In this document: positions 1 through 9,977 of the stretch, in pieces
Layout of the letters: every line of letters begins with the position of its first letter
How positions within the stretch are numbered: the first letter of the stretch is position 1
NCBI GenBank assembly: GCA_035655175.1
Contig: DASRVG010000067.1
Location: forward strand, 1-34,551
Source of the DNA: Clostridia bacterium
Lineage (GTDB): Bacteria > Bacillota > Clostridia > Ch29
DNA length: 34,551 nt
Direction of reading: 5' to 3'
The notes under the pieces: model-generated
Told to the model about the DNA's origin: nothing
The model's database searches: none
The model's input: the letters and a program-made list of their open reading frames with translations, nothing else
Program-made: the position numbers and the translations under genes

Positions 1-32
1 CCTATGTCCAAGCCGGCTATTATGTTATCCAT
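1..32 (-). CDS. ftsA: FtsA cell-division protein, first 10 codons only (runs off the window start)
   Basis: Minus-strand ATG at 32-30 is preceded by GAAGGGGG. The translation MDNIIAGLDIG resembles the FtsA N-terminus (..LDIGT.. phosphate-1 motif). The position directly downstream of sbp matches Bacillus-type dcw clusters. Only 32 nt are visible. Confidence 0.45.
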   Translation of the reverse strand, partial: MDNIIAGLDI

Positions 33-129
33 ACATCTACTGCCCCCTTCAGGCTCACCCGCTGTTCAGACAACGAAATTCAATTATAAATTTCAACGCG
101 GTTGTACCTTTTCCTTTATTTTTGTAAAA

Positions 130-486
130 TTATTTTGTTGATTCCCGCTGTATATTGAATAGGTGGCGCCTTATTGCAGCGAAGTTCTGGAACAGCCTGG
201 TCCCGAAGGCAACCACCGCCGCCAGGTATATGGGCACACCCAGCCTGTCCCCTATATAGGCCAAGGACGCCGCCAGAATGGCATTGCCAAAGAACCCGGT
301 AATAAAAATGTCGCTGTCAAAGCTCTCCTCAAGCGATGCCCTTATTCCCCCGAACACCGAGTCCAGGGCCGCCAGGATAGCAACCGACAGGTAAGCCGAG
401 TACGCCACCGGGACATTATAAGGAATAAACAGTCCCAGCAGGATTCCCAATGCAAGTCCTATAAGCGGTATTATCATTTCACTCAC
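130..486 (-). CDS. sbp: Small basic protein Sbp (DUF1290 membrane protein)
   Basis: 118-aa hydrophobic protein located after two DUF881 genes and before ftsA, the same position as B. subtilis sbp. It overlaps the upstream gene by 8 nt. Confidence 0.75.
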   Translation of the reverse strand: MSEMIIPLIGLALGILLGLFIPYNVPVAYSAYLSVAILAALDSVFGGIRASLEESFDSDIFITGFFGNAILAASLAYIGDRLGVPIYLAAVVAFGTRLFQNFAAIRRHLFNIQRESTK

Positions 487-1204
487 CTTCTTTACTTGTC
501 CTCACATATTTAAAATTGACGCTGCCGGTAAACGCAGATATTACTATTTCATCCTTCTGTTCAATGCTCACCTGGAGCCCGTAGTATTCCAACAAATCGA
601 GGTACCCGCTTTCCTGGCCGCTCATATACCCGTAAAGAATACTAGGTTCGCCTATCGCCGCAATGGTGTACGGGGGCGCATACCTGACCGAGTTGATATT
701 TATGGTGGGTCCGCCGCACCGGATTTCGGTGTTGAACATAATCCTCTGGCCGTTTATTGAAATGGCCTCCGCCCCTGCGGCTTTAAGCTCCGAAACCACG
801 GTGAGTATATCCTCGTCGTGGACCAAGAGAAGGTTCGGATCATTATCTCCCGTCAGTTCCCAACTGCTGTCGTCCAGAACAATCTCAATGCCCGGCCCTT
901 TTACTTCAGCCAGCCCCGCCAAGACCTTTGCCTGGGCAAGCTGCTGCTCCAGCACTTCATTAAGTCCTCCCTGCGCGTCCATGGCCCTTTCGTATTCCCT
1001 TACCCTGTTCCTCAAATCGGTTAACTGCTGCCTCAGACCCTCTATTTCGGAGCTTAAATTGTGCAGTTCATTTTCGAGCTGCGGTACCGTCTCGGATGTT
1101 ACAATCCCCACTTGCTCCTGTGATGATTTGAATTGTATTGTGAGAGTAAGTCCCAGAAACAGTGCTGCTATTAACACCATGGTATTCTTGTACAGCCTAT
1201 TCAT
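479..1204 (-). CDS. DUF881 family division-associated protein (YlxW/YlxX-like)
   Basis: N-terminal TM segment, a coiled-coil stretch, then the ..VKGPGIEIVLDD.. motif typical of DUF881. It sits between ftsQ/divIB and sbp. Confidence 0.8.
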   Translation of the reverse strand: MNRLYKNTMVLIAALFLGLTLTIQFKSSQEQVGIVTSETVPQLENELHNLSSEIEGLRQQLTDLRNRVREYERAMDAQGGLNEVLEQQLAQAKVLAGLAEVKGPGIEIVLDDSSWELTGDNDPNLLLVHDEDILTVVSELKAAGAEAISINGQRIMFNTEIRCGGPTININSVRYAPPYTIAAIGEPSILYGYMSGQESGYLDLLEYYGLQVSIEQKDEIVISAFTGSVNFKYVRTSKEGE

Positions 1205-1215
1205 TGACCTACCCC

Positions 1216-1935
1216 CTACTCAGTCACAGGTTCTGCATGTTTAAACTCCAAAACTTTGCTGTACCTGGGAATAAAGATATCCTGTTCCTTCTTTATGCTC
1301 ACCGAAATACCGTAATACTCCAGTTCTTCCGCTATGCCTCCCTTTAGCTTCAAAGCCGCTTCCAGGGTCTGGGGGTCTCCTATGGCTTTAAATACAAAGG
1401 GAGGGGCAAACCTCTGGTAGTTGATGTTTATATGGGACCCCGCAAGCCTAATCTCGGTTGTCGCTATCACCCTCTGCTCGTTTATGGACACCGCCTCCGC
1501 CCCCGCAGCGTTAAGTTCATTCAATACCTTTAGGAGCTTGTCATAATGAATATAAAACACGTTGAATTCCTGGCCTGCCTGGACTTCGGCAAGGGTAACC
1601 ACAACACCGGGGCCCCGCACATCGGTAAGACCGGCCAAGAGGCGCGCCCTTTCCAGGTCCTTTCTCATTCCTTCTGCGACAACGCTCACCTGGGCGGCAG
1701 CCTCTTCATACTCCAGCATTCTTTTCTCATACTCTTTGACCCTCTGCTGCAGCGAATCCCTCTGGGCCCTTGCACTTTTTAGTTCACTGGCAAGTTCCTG
1801 GGCCCTTTGCACCGATAGTATACCGCCATAATTCTGGACGTTTCGAAACTGCAGGGTCAGCATCAAGCCCAGTGCCAGGCACACCAGGCCAATGGACAAT
1901 TGCCCCTTTATTGTTTTCAAAGTCCTTCCTCCCAC
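1216..1935 (-). CDS. DUF881 family division-associated protein (YlxW/YlxX-like), paralog of 479-1204
   Basis: Same architecture as 479-1204 (TM, coiled coil, ..VRGPGVVVTLAE..). The tandem pair matches B. subtilis ylxW-ylxX. Confidence 0.8.
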   Translation of the reverse strand: MGGRTLKTIKGQLSIGLVCLALGLMLTLQFRNVQNYGGILSVQRAQELASELKSARAQRDSLQQRVKEYEKRMLEYEEAAAQVSVVAEGMRKDLERARLLAGLTDVRGPGVVVTLAEVQAGQEFNVFYIHYDKLLKVLNELNAAGAEAVSINEQRVIATTEIRLAGSHININYQRFAPPFVFKAIGDPQTLEAALKLKGGIAEELEYYGISVSIKKEQDIFIPRYSKVLEFKHAEPVTE

Positions 1936-1937
1936 TT

Positions 1938-2684
1938 CTACCAGGGTCTGAAGAAAGCGTTTCCCCCGTGGGTCACATCAATCTCCCCGCCCACTTCCTG
2001 GGAATAAAGCTTCTCCAGTATGGTATTGCTGTATTCAAGCTTGTAATCCAGGCCTTCGGTATCCCCTACCCTCAGCGTAAAACGATCCCCCAAGCGGATG
2101 ATTATGTCCTCCGGGTTCTCAATGTTGACCTCGATAGGAGCATACCCTGCAAGGTTATTGGCAATACATTTCGAAATATATACAATTTTATCAAAAATCT
2201 GGATATTATCAATGTCAAGTATTTCATTTGCCTGAAAATCCTGCACCTTTATACCCCTGTAGACCGGCAAGCCCTCCACCGGCACCCATGCGGTGGCGCT
2301 TATTACCATTCCCTCGCTGTCCACCAACAGGTAACTTCCCAGGTAGGGTATATAACCCACCAAGTCCCTTTCCTTAACCGTTATTTCAATGGTATCCGGC
2401 ACTATTCTTTGCACCTGTGTGTTAAGAATGTACGGGTGGGTTTTTATTGCTTCCTCTGCCTCCTTAAGCTTTACCGTAAGTATATTCATCCCCGGGCTTA
2501 TGCCGGAATACCGCATAATCTCCTGCTCGTCTACGAAGCTGTTCCCTTGAACCCTAATATCCTTTATACTAAAATAGCTTGTCCGCATAAAAGCCATAAG
2601 TCCCACTGCTATTATCAAAATGAGAAGCAGCAAAACAGGACTCCTGCCCGACCTTTTTCCCTTACTCCTTCCCATTTGTTCCAT
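1938..2684 (-). CDS. ftsQ: Cell division protein FtsQ/DivIB (POTRA domain)
   Basis: N-terminal basic tail plus a single TM, followed by a POTRA-like segment (FSIKDIRVQGNSFVDEQEI...). The dcw position is consistent. Confidence 0.8.
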   Translation of the reverse strand: MEQMGRSKGKRSGRSPVLLLLILIIAVGLMAFMRTSYFSIKDIRVQGNSFVDEQEIMRYSGISPGMNILTVKLKEAEEAIKTHPYILNTQVQRIVPDTIEITVKERDLVGYIPYLGSYLLVDSEGMVISATAWVPVEGLPVYRGIKVQDFQANEILDIDNIQIFDKIVYISKCIANNLAGYAPIEVNIENPEDIIIRLGDRFTLRVGDTEGLDYKLEYSNTILEKLYSQEVGGEIDVTHGGNAFFRPW

Positions 2685-2688
2685 CTCC

Positions 2689-3936
2689 CTATACCATGAT
2701 GATATCAGCGCCCATGTTTTTCAGCTTTCTTCCGAGGTTTTCGTAACCCCTGTCAATGTGTTCCACGCCTTCCACTTCGGTAACCCCTTCGGCTGCCAGT
2801 CCTGCCAGCACCAGTGCCGCCCCTCCTCGCAGGTCCTTCGCAGTTACTACAGCACCGCTTAACCTTGGCACTCCCCTTATAACCGCTATCCTTCCGTCCA
2901 CCTTAATGTCCGCCCCCAGCTTTATCAGTTCGTCTATATGGCGGTACCTGTTTTCGAATATTGTTTCAACGAATATACTTGTCCCTTGGGCGGTACACAT
3001 GGCCGCCATCATCTGCGGCTGCGCATCGGTCGGGAAACCGGGGTACGGTAGCGTCCTGATAAGGTCCACCGCCCTTAGCCTTTCGGTGGCAATCAGCCTT
3101 AAGCTACTGCAGTTGGTTCTTATAATGCATCCGCTTTCCCTAAGTTTGTCGATAATGGAGTGCAGGTGCTCCACCACTATGTTCTCGAGCTTTACCTCCC
3201 CGCCCGTGATGGCTGCGGCTATCATATAGGTCCCGGCCGCAATCCGGTCGGTCATCACGGTATGCCTGCAGCTGTGAAGCTTCCTTACACCCTCTATTCT
3301 TATAACATGATTCCCGGCGCCGTACACCTTTGCTCCCATCGAGTTTAAAAAATTCTGCAAATCCACTATCTCCGGCTCCTTGGCGGCGTTCCTTATTATG
3401 GTCTCGCCCTTGGCCAAAACAGCTGCAAGCATTATGTTCTCTGTGGCCCCAACGCTGGGATAATCAAGCTGAATTTCCGTCCCCGTAAGGTTTTCACCCC
3501 TGCAGATTATCTGCCCGTGCATATCCACCCTGGCACCCAGCTTGCGCAGTCCCTTAAGGTGCAGATCGATAGGCCGAACCCCGATGGCGCATCCCCCCGG
3601 GTAGCTGGTTATCACCTTGCCGGTCCTGCCCAACAAAGGCCCCAGCAGCACTATGGAAGACCTCATCTGCTTAACCAGTACTGTGGGTATCTCGTTTGAA
3701 GTAATTTTGGAGGAATCCACCACTACGGTTTTATCCTGGTACTTTACACGGCATCCCAGGCTCTTTAATATTTCCAGCATGGTGTCAACATCGTTCAGCG
3801 CCGGTACATTCTCTATTACGCTTTCGCCCTCGTTAAGTACCGTGGCTGCCAGTATCGGAAGTACGGCGTTCTTTGCGCCTTCGACTCTTATACTGCCGGT
3901 AAGCCGGTGCCCCCCCGTTATTCTGTACATTGACAT
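2689..3936 (-). CDS. murA: UDP-N-acetylglucosamine 1-carboxyvinyltransferase MurA
   Basis: ..ITGGHRLTGSIRVEGAKNAVLPILAA.. and full-length EPSP-synthase-fold similarity. I chose the ATG at 3936 (MSMYRITGG) because the ORF-track GTG at 3948 lies inside the GGAGGTG Shine-Dalgarno sequence. Confidence 0.9.
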   Translation of the reverse strand: MSMYRITGGHRLTGSIRVEGAKNAVLPILAATVLNEGESVIENVPALNDVDTMLEILKSLGCRVKYQDKTVVVDSSKITSNEIPTVLVKQMRSSIVLLGPLLGRTGKVITSYPGGCAIGVRPIDLHLKGLRKLGARVDMHGQIICRGENLTGTEIQLDYPSVGATENIMLAAVLAKGETIIRNAAKEPEIVDLQNFLNSMGAKVYGAGNHVIRIEGVRKLHSCRHTVMTDRIAAGTYMIAAAITGGEVKLENIVVEHLHSIIDKLRESGCIIRTNCSSLRLIATERLRAVDLIRTLPYPGFPTDAQPQMMAAMCTAQGTSIFVETIFENRYRHIDELIKLGADIKVDGRIAVIRGVPRLSGAVVTAKDLRGGAALVLAGLAAEGVTEVEGVEHIDRGYENLGRKLKNMGADIIMV

Positions 3937-4023
3937 ATGTTGGTTCACCTCCGGGATTTCTGCCTTAGGTCATGGAAAAAAGCAGTATTATATATTCCAT
4001 ACTATGCAGAACCCCGAAGAGTG

Positions 4024-5136
4024 TTACCTGTTAACCGTCTTTACAATAATATCACATATTTTTTTCGCTGCATCTATTTTCCCAAGCATCCTGCTGGCTT
4101 TTTTCATCGACTGTAGGCGCTGCCGGCTGCCGACAAGCTTGGATACAATATCATACAGCACAGCACCGTCCAATTCCTTTTCGGTCAGCACAACCGCGGC
4201 GCCCCTTGCCTCCAGCGCCCGGGCATTGTACTCCTGGTGGTTGCCCGCCACGTACGACTTTGGAACAAGCAGCGCGGGCACTCCCACCGCCGTAATTTCG
4301 GCCAAGGTTATTGCCCCGGCGCTTGTGATTACAAGGTCCGCCGCTGCAAGGCCCTGGTGCATGCGGTGCAAATAGGGCAGTACCTTTATGCTTTTCGAAG
4401 CCCCTACCTCAACGCCCCTTTTTTCAAGGTCCTCCAAGAAAGCGCTGTAATGGTCCTCACCGGTGGTATGCAGCAGTTGAAAGCCGCCCTCGGCACTCAA
4501 TCTTGCAATGACCTCCGCCACCGCCCTGTTTAGTTTTACCGAGCCCTTGCTGCCGCCGAAGGACAGCACCACCGGCTGCCCCGGAACAAAGCCAAATTCC
4601 TTTAGGGCTTCCGCTTTGCTGCCGGTTGTGATTTCTTTCCTGATTGGGTTCCCGGTGACAAAGACCCTGTCCTTTTTTCCAAAGTACTTTACCGCCTCTT
4701 CAAAACCGACGGCCACTGCATCGGCAAGCCGCCCCAGTATCCTGTTGGTCGCCCCGGGCAGCACGTTCTGTTCGTGTATTACGGTGGGTATGCCCCGGAG
4801 GTGCGCCACCATAAGCACCGGGCCCGCCACATAACCGCCGGTGCCCACCACCACGTCGGGTTTGAATTCCCTTATAATCCTTCCGGCGTCAACCAGTCCC
4901 TTAAACAGCTCCATCATTGACTTCACAGTATCTATCGACAAGCTCCGGCGGAAACCTTTAACCCTTACGGCTCTAAACCGGTAACCGCGTTCCGGAACCA
5001 GCCTGCTCTCCAGCCCGCCGGCAGTTCCTATGTACAGTATCTGCCCGTCCTTATCCCTGCTTCGGAGGGTATCGGCAATGGCGAGGGCGGGGTATATATG
5101 TCCCCCGGTACCGCCTCCTGTAACAATCACCCTCAT
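4024..5136 (-). CDS. murG: Lipid II-forming UDP-GlcNAc transferase MurG
   Basis: N-terminus MRVIVTGGGTGGHIYPALAIA, ..GGSKGS.. and a C-terminal ..AGAITLAE.. motif. The dcw position is consistent. Confidence 0.95.
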   Translation of the reverse strand: MRVIVTGGGTGGHIYPALAIADTLRSRDKDGQILYIGTAGGLESRLVPERGYRFRAVRVKGFRRSLSIDTVKSMMELFKGLVDAGRIIREFKPDVVVGTGGYVAGPVLMVAHLRGIPTVIHEQNVLPGATNRILGRLADAVAVGFEEAVKYFGKKDRVFVTGNPIRKEITTGSKAEALKEFGFVPGQPVVLSFGGSKGSVKLNRAVAEVIARLSAEGGFQLLHTTGEDHYSAFLEDLEKRGVEVGASKSIKVLPYLHRMHQGLAAADLVITSAGAITLAEITAVGVPALLVPKSYVAGNHQEYNARALEARGAAVVLTEKELDGAVLYDIVSKLVGSRQRLQSMKKASRMLGKIDAAKKICDIIVKTVNR

Positions 5137-5142
5137 CGTGAA

Positions 5143-6249
5143 TCAGCTCCAGTTTATGGATGACTTTCTTGAAATACTTAGCAAAACCCCTATCGACGAC
5201 AGTGTAAAAAGAAGCGATGAACCGCCGGCGCTTATAAAGGGAAGCGGGATTCCGGTGACCGGCATCGAAGAGGTAACCACCGCGATATTCATTAGCACCT
5301 GTAAGGCTATCATTGCAATTATTCCGGTCGCAAGTATGCATCCGAAGAAGTCCGGGGCGTGCAGGGCAACCCTTATCCCTCTCCAAACAAGCAGCATAAA
5401 CAAAAACACGACGGTAACGGCACCTATAAAGCCCAGTTCCTCACCTATGATGGAGAATATGAAGTCGTTTTGCGGCAGCGGTATGTAGAAAAACTTCTGC
5501 CTGCTGCGGCCCAGCCCCAACCCGAAAAGCCCGCCCGAGCCGAGGGCATAAAGCGACTGTATGGCCTGGTAGCCGCTGCCCCGGGGGTCCTGGAAGGGGT
5601 CCAGGAAGGAGGTCCACCTTACCAGCCTGTAGGGTTCGGACAATATAAGCATAATAAGTGCCGCAAAGGCTGGAAGGGAAAGGCCTATAAGGTGTCCTAT
5701 GTTTGCCCCTGCAATAAATATCATTACCACCACGATTGCCACTATACTCACCGCGGTGCTAAAATCAGGCTGCAGCATTATAAGGCCGAACACAATCCCG
5801 GCCACTATAAGGAAAGGCAGCACCCCTTTTAAAAAGCTCCTCACGTCCTCCTTCTTCCTGTTAAGGGCGCTGGCGGTGTATATTATTATGGCCAGCTTTG
5901 CAAACTCGGAGGGCTGGATGGTGTGCCCGCCTATGGAAATCCACCGGGTTGCTCCGTTCAGAGTCACTCCCAGGCCGGGTACAAAAACCAGCATCAGCGA
6001 GACCAGCCCCGCCATCAATATATATTTCGACATTTTGTCGTATTTTTCATAGTCAATTTTGGACAGTACCATCATGGATATAAAGCCCAGCACCGCCCAC
6101 ATCATCTGTCTCTTAAGATAATAATAGCTGTCCCCGTGGGCATAATAGGCACTTGCCGTACTGGAGCTGAATACCATGATTATTCCTATTATAACCAGAA
6201 CCACCGTTACAAAAAGCAGCGTAAAGTCCAAAGCGTTATCCCTGTCCAT
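5143..6249 (-). CDS. ftsW: SEDS-family peptidoglycan glycosyltransferase FtsW/SpoVE
   Basis: Polytopic membrane protein with SEDS motifs (..PSEFAKL.., ..LPQNDFIFS..GEELGF.., ..TGIPLPFISAGGSS..). It lies between murD and murG. Its start overlaps the murD stop by 1 nt (TGATG). Confidence 0.9.
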   Translation of the reverse strand: MDRDNALDFTLLFVTVVLVIIGIIMVFSSSTASAYYAHGDSYYYLKRQMMWAVLGFISMMVLSKIDYEKYDKMSKYILMAGLVSLMLVFVPGLGVTLNGATRWISIGGHTIQPSEFAKLAIIIYTASALNRKKEDVRSFLKGVLPFLIVAGIVFGLIMLQPDFSTAVSIVAIVVVMIFIAGANIGHLIGLSLPAFAALIMLILSEPYRLVRWTSFLDPFQDPRGSGYQAIQSLYALGSGGLFGLGLGRSRQKFFYIPLPQNDFIFSIIGEELGFIGAVTVVFLFMLLVWRGIRVALHAPDFFGCILATGIIAMIALQVLMNIAVVTSSMPVTGIPLPFISAGGSSLLFTLSSIGVLLSISRKSSINWS

Positions 6250-7613
6250 CAGGTAATCCTCCTCAACATGCCCACGGCTTCTTTAAAGTCCTTGCCCCTC
6301 TCTTCGAAGTTTTTGTACATATCCCAGCTTGCACAGGCCGGGGACAGCAAAACCGCGTCCCCCTCCTCCGCCATCAGCGCAGCCCTTTCCACGGCTTCCC
6401 TCATATTTTTCGCCATATATATATTATTCAAACCGACCCTCCAGCATGAGCGTTTTAATTTCTCCGCCGTGGCTCCCAGGAGAACCACGCCCTTTACTTT
6501 GCCGCCGAAGCCCTCCACGAATTCGTCAAAGTCCCCGCCCTTGTCGTATCCTCCCGCTATCAGCACGATAGGCCTATCCATGGCTTTTACCGCCCTGGCG
6601 GAAGCATCGGGATTGGTACCCTTGGAATCGTTTATATATACCACTCCGTTCACTGTGGCCACGTATTCCAGCCGGTGCTCCACGCCTTCAAAGCTTTTCA
6701 GCGCATCCCCTATGGCTTTTACAGGCACCTCCATCGACCATGCCAGGGCTGCAGCGGCAAGGGCGTTCTCCAGGTTGTGGTCTCCCATAATCCTTAGGTC
6801 GGAAGCCTTGCAAATCCTTTCCGAGCTTTTGCCCCTTTTTATTATTATGTACTCCTTTTCCACAAAGGCGCCGGTATCCATTATCCTCTTCCGGCTGAAA
6901 TACAAGACCCTTGCGCTGCACCTTGCCGCCAGCGAAGCGGCAGCCGGTTCATCGGCGTTAAGTACCGCAAAGTCGTCCGGTCCCTGGTTTTGGAACACCC
7001 TGGCCTTTAAAGCCGCATAATTGTCAAAGGTCTTGTGCCTGTCCAGGTGATCCGGCGTAATGTTCAGCACCGCCGCCGCCCTGGGCTTAAAGTCCCTTAT
7101 GCCTTCCAACTGGAAGCTGCTTATCTCGGCCACAAGGACATCCGACGGCTGCGAGGAAACCGCGGCATCTATCAAGGGAGTGCCAATGTTTCCTACCACA
7201 TGGGTATTCCTGCCCGACCGGCGGAACATCTCCCCCGTCAGTGCGGTGGTGGTGGTCTTGCCATTGGTACCGGTTATTGCCACGATCGGTGTTGCGGTAA
7301 GCCGGTATGCCAGCTCCACCTCGCTTATTACCTCCCTGCCGCTTTCCTTAATCCTCTGCACCATGGGTATATCCATCGGAATACCGGGGCTTATAACCGC
7401 AAAGTCCGGCCAATCGGCAAGCTCCGGCGGGTGGCCGCCCAGCACGCAGTCAACGTTCAGCCCTTTAATGGCTGAAACAGCCTCCTTCAGCTCTGCCTCG
7501 CTCTTTTGATCATTTACCTTTACACGGGCTCCCAGGCCGTGCAGCACCTTCACCGTCTCCAGGCCGCTGACCGCCAGCCCGATAACCAGTACTTTTTTGT
7601 TCCTTATATCCAT
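6249..7613 (-). CDS. murD: UDP-N-acetylmuramoylalanine--D-glutamate ligase MurD
   Basis: N-terminal Rossmann motif KKVLVIGLAVSG and the Mur ligase P-loop ITGTNGKTTTT. The dcw position is consistent. Confidence 0.95.
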   Translation of the reverse strand: MDIRNKKVLVIGLAVSGLETVKVLHGLGARVKVNDQKSEAELKEAVSAIKGLNVDCVLGGHPPELADWPDFAVISPGIPMDIPMVQRIKESGREVISEVELAYRLTATPIVAITGTNGKTTTTALTGEMFRRSGRNTHVVGNIGTPLIDAAVSSQPSDVLVAEISSFQLEGIRDFKPRAAAVLNITPDHLDRHKTFDNYAALKARVFQNQGPDDFAVLNADEPAAASLAARCSARVLYFSRKRIMDTGAFVEKEYIIIKRGKSSERICKASDLRIMGDHNLENALAAAALAWSMEVPVKAIGDALKSFEGVEHRLEYVATVNGVVYINDSKGTNPDASARAVKAMDRPIVLIAGGYDKGGDFDEFVEGFGGKVKGVVLLGATAEKLKRSCWRVGLNNIYMAKNMREAVERAALMAEEGDAVLLSPACASWDMYKNFEERGKDFKEAVGMLRRIT

Positions 7614-7627
7614 AATACGGTTCTCCC

Positions 7628-8593
7628 CTATCGGATAGCCAGCACCCCTACCAGCACCAGGACGATGGTTATAATCCAGAACAGCATCACAACCTTCGTT
7701 TCTTCCCAGCCCTTGACCTCATAGTGGTGATGCAGCGGAGCCATCAAGAATACCCTTTTCCCGGTAAGCTTGTAGAACACAACCTGTATTATTATTGATA
7801 GAGTTTCCAAGACATAAACGCCGCCAATAATGGGCAAAAGCAGCGGCAGCCTAAGCAGCACGACAACGGCGGCCACCGCCCCTCCCAGGGCCATGGACCC
7901 GGTATCCCCCATGAAAATCTGGGCCGGGTAGGAGTTGTATCTCAAAAAACCCAGCGCGGCACCGGTAACGGCGGCGGAGATTATGGCAATTTCCTTCTGC
8001 CCTGCGCTTAACGCCACAAGGCTTAGGAATGCCATTATTATCATTGTAACCCCGGCAGCAAGCCCGTCCAACCCGTCGGTGAAGTTGACGCTGTTCACCG
8101 TACCGACAAATATTATGATTGCGGTAAAGGGCAGGTACCAAACCCCCATATCCCAGTACTGCGAAGTAAAGGGTATAAGCACCGCCGAACCCACGCCGGG
8201 CAGGCGGTATGCGTACAGAGTCAATACTGCCGCAAGCAGTACCTGGGCCGCCAGTTTGTGGGTGGCCCGAAGCCCCAGCGAGCGCTGCATAACAACCTTT
8301 ATAAAGTCGTCCACAAGGCCTATAAAGCCGAACCCCAGGATGCTTACCAGGATGAAAAGCATTTCCCTTTCCCACTGTGCCGTGATAAGTACCGAGAAAA
8401 AGACCGCAATGGCTATTATAATACCTCCCATGGTGGGAGTGCCGGACTTCTTGAAATGGGTCTTGGGTCCATCCCCGCGCACGCTTTGTCCCATCTTGAG
8501 CTTCTCCAGTATAGGGATTACTATTGGCCCGATTATTATTACAATCAAAAATGCAATTATTATAGGGAATATAACCTGCTGATGGTCCCGCAT
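7628..8593 (-). CDS. mraY: Phospho-N-acetylmuramoyl-pentapeptide transferase MraY
   Basis: 10-TM protein with ..GTPTMGG.., ..VDDFIKV.., ..NFTDGLDGLA.. and ..APLHHHYE.. motifs. Confidence 0.95.
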   Translation of the reverse strand: MRDHQQVIFPIIIAFLIVIIIGPIVIPILEKLKMGQSVRGDGPKTHFKKSGTPTMGGIIIAIAVFFSVLITAQWEREMLFILVSILGFGFIGLVDDFIKVVMQRSLGLRATHKLAAQVLLAAVLTLYAYRLPGVGSAVLIPFTSQYWDMGVWYLPFTAIIIFVGTVNSVNFTDGLDGLAAGVTMIIMAFLSLVALSAGQKEIAIISAAVTGAALGFLRYNSYPAQIFMGDTGSMALGGAVAAVVVLLRLPLLLPIIGGVYVLETLSIIIQVVFYKLTGKRVFLMAPLHHHYEVKGWEETKVVMLFWIITIVLVLVGVLAIR

Positions 8594-8597
8594 CCAT

Positions 8598-9977
8598 TTA
8601 GCTCCTCTCTAGTATTCTGCTTGCCAGCTCCTCCATCCTCATACCCCGGGAACCCTTTACAAGAACCACGTCGCCTTCTTTTAACAGGCCGTCCAGCAGC
8701 TGTGCAGCCTCCCGCTTGCTTTCGAAATGGTAAACGGAAGATACGTTCATTCCCCTTTCCTTGGCCCGGCAGGATATGTAACGGCTGTAATCACCCACCG
8801 TTATAAGGATATCCACGCCGCTGTTGGCAGCGTATGTTCCCACCAGGGCGTGCCCCTCCTCGGCAAAATCCCCCATCTCCAGCATATCCGAAAGCACGGC
8901 GATTTTTCGGTCTCCTTTGGTGTCACGCAGTACCTCCAGGGCGGACTTCATGGAATCGGGGCTGGCATTGTAGGCATCGTTAATAACTTTCACTCCCTTC
9001 GGAGAGCTTTGTATCGAAAGGCGCATCTTTTCCCCCTTAAGCCCCCCCAGGACTTTTATGATGTCCGGGAAGCCTATGTTAAAAATCCGTCCCACGGCAA
9101 CCGCCGCAAGGGAATTGTACACGTTGTGCCGCCCGGGCAGCGGCAGGGACACTTCAAAACCCTTACCCTCCGCCAGCAGCGTATAGGACGTTCCCTCTTC
9201 ACCCATTGAACGTATGTCGGAAGCCCTGTAGTCGCCTGCATCCAGCCCGTAATAAACAATCGGAACCTTAAGGCCTTTCATGCCTTGGCAAAGCAGCGGG
9301 TCGTCGGCGTTCACAACCGCTGCGGGGTCTTGGTCCATCCCTTCAAAAATCTCCATTTTTGCCCTAAGAATCCCTTCCCGGCTGCCCAGCCTTTCTATAT
9401 GGGACATTCCTATGTTGGTGACCACCGACACCTTTGGCCTTACTATTCTCATAAGGGCCCTAATTTCGCCGTAGCCGCTCATTCCCATTTCCACAACCGC
9501 AGCCCGGTGGCTTTCATCAAGCCGCATTATGGTAGCCGGAAGGCCCACCTGGTTGTTGAAGTTACCCTCGGTCTTCAGTACATTGTATTTGTGTCTTAGC
9601 ACTTCGGCTATGATGTTTTTTGTGGTGGTTTTTCCGGTACTGCCCGTCACCGCCACAAAGTCCACGTCAAACTTATTCCTATACCAGAGCGCAAGGCTGT
9701 GAAACGCTTCCAGCGTATCCTTTACCCTTATAACCGTCACGCCCGGGAAACGGTGCTCACCTTCCCTGTCCACCAGCACCGCCTTTGCACCCTTTTCCGC
9801 CGCCTGGTGCAAAAAATCATGCCCGTCAAACCGTTCCCCCCTTAAGGGTATAAAAAGGCTCCCCGGCTCAAGGGTTCTTGTATCCAGGGAAACCCTGTCG
9901 ATGATCGCGTCCTTGGGACCTTGTATTATATTCCCCCGTACTGCGGCGGCAATGCCGGCCGTATTAAGCTTTATCAT
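8598..9977 (-). CDS. murF: UDP-MurNAc-tripeptide--D-Ala-D-Ala ligase MurF
   Basis: Mur ligase P-loop VTGSTGKTTTK with full-length MurF-like organisation. It lies between murE and mraY. Confidence 0.9.
   Translation of the reverse strand: MIKLNTAGIAAAVRGNIIQGPKDAIIDRVSLDTRTLEPGSLFIPLRGERFDGHDFLHQAAEKGAKAVLVDREGEHRFPGVTVIRVKDTLEAFHSLALWYRNKFDVDFVAVTGSTGKTTTKNIIAEVLRHKYNVLKTEGNFNNQVGLPATIMRLDESHRAAVVEMGMSGYGEIRALMRIVRPKVSVVTNIGMSHIERLGSREGILRAKMEIFEGMDQDPAAVVNADDPLLCQGMKGLKVPIVYYGLDAGDYRASDIRSMGEEGTSYTLLAEGKGFEVSLPLPGRHNVYNSLAAVAVGRIFNIGFPDIIKVLGGLKGEKMRLSIQSSPKGVKVINDAYNASPDSMKSALEVLRDTKGDRKIAVLSDMLEMGDFAEEGHALVGTYAANSGVDILITVGDYSRYISCRAKERGMNVSSVYHFESKREAAQLLDGLLKEGDVVLVKGSRGMRMEELASRILERS

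Noticed and set aside
5923-7020. Long plus-strand ORFs antisense to the dcw genes, e.g. 5923-7020 (365 aa), 12347-13435 (362 aa), 1770-2699 (309 aa), 3617-4375 (252 aa), 7935-8582 (215 aa).
   Set aside because: Each lies entirely opposite a gene with unmistakable conserved motifs (MurD, PBP, FtsQ, MurA/MurG, MraY). Their translations are low-complexity (Pro/Ser/Ala/Arg-rich) with no recognisable domains and no RBS. They look like typical stop-poor antisense frames.
7851-8597. Same-strand alternative-frame ORF (248 aa) inside mraY, and similar ones such as 15958-16476 inside lgt and 20079-20444 inside the chelatase-like gene.
   Set aside because: Their composition is Gly/Arg/Pro-rich and they have no motifs. 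The overlapping frames encode bona fide MraY, Lgt and TM-domain proteins.
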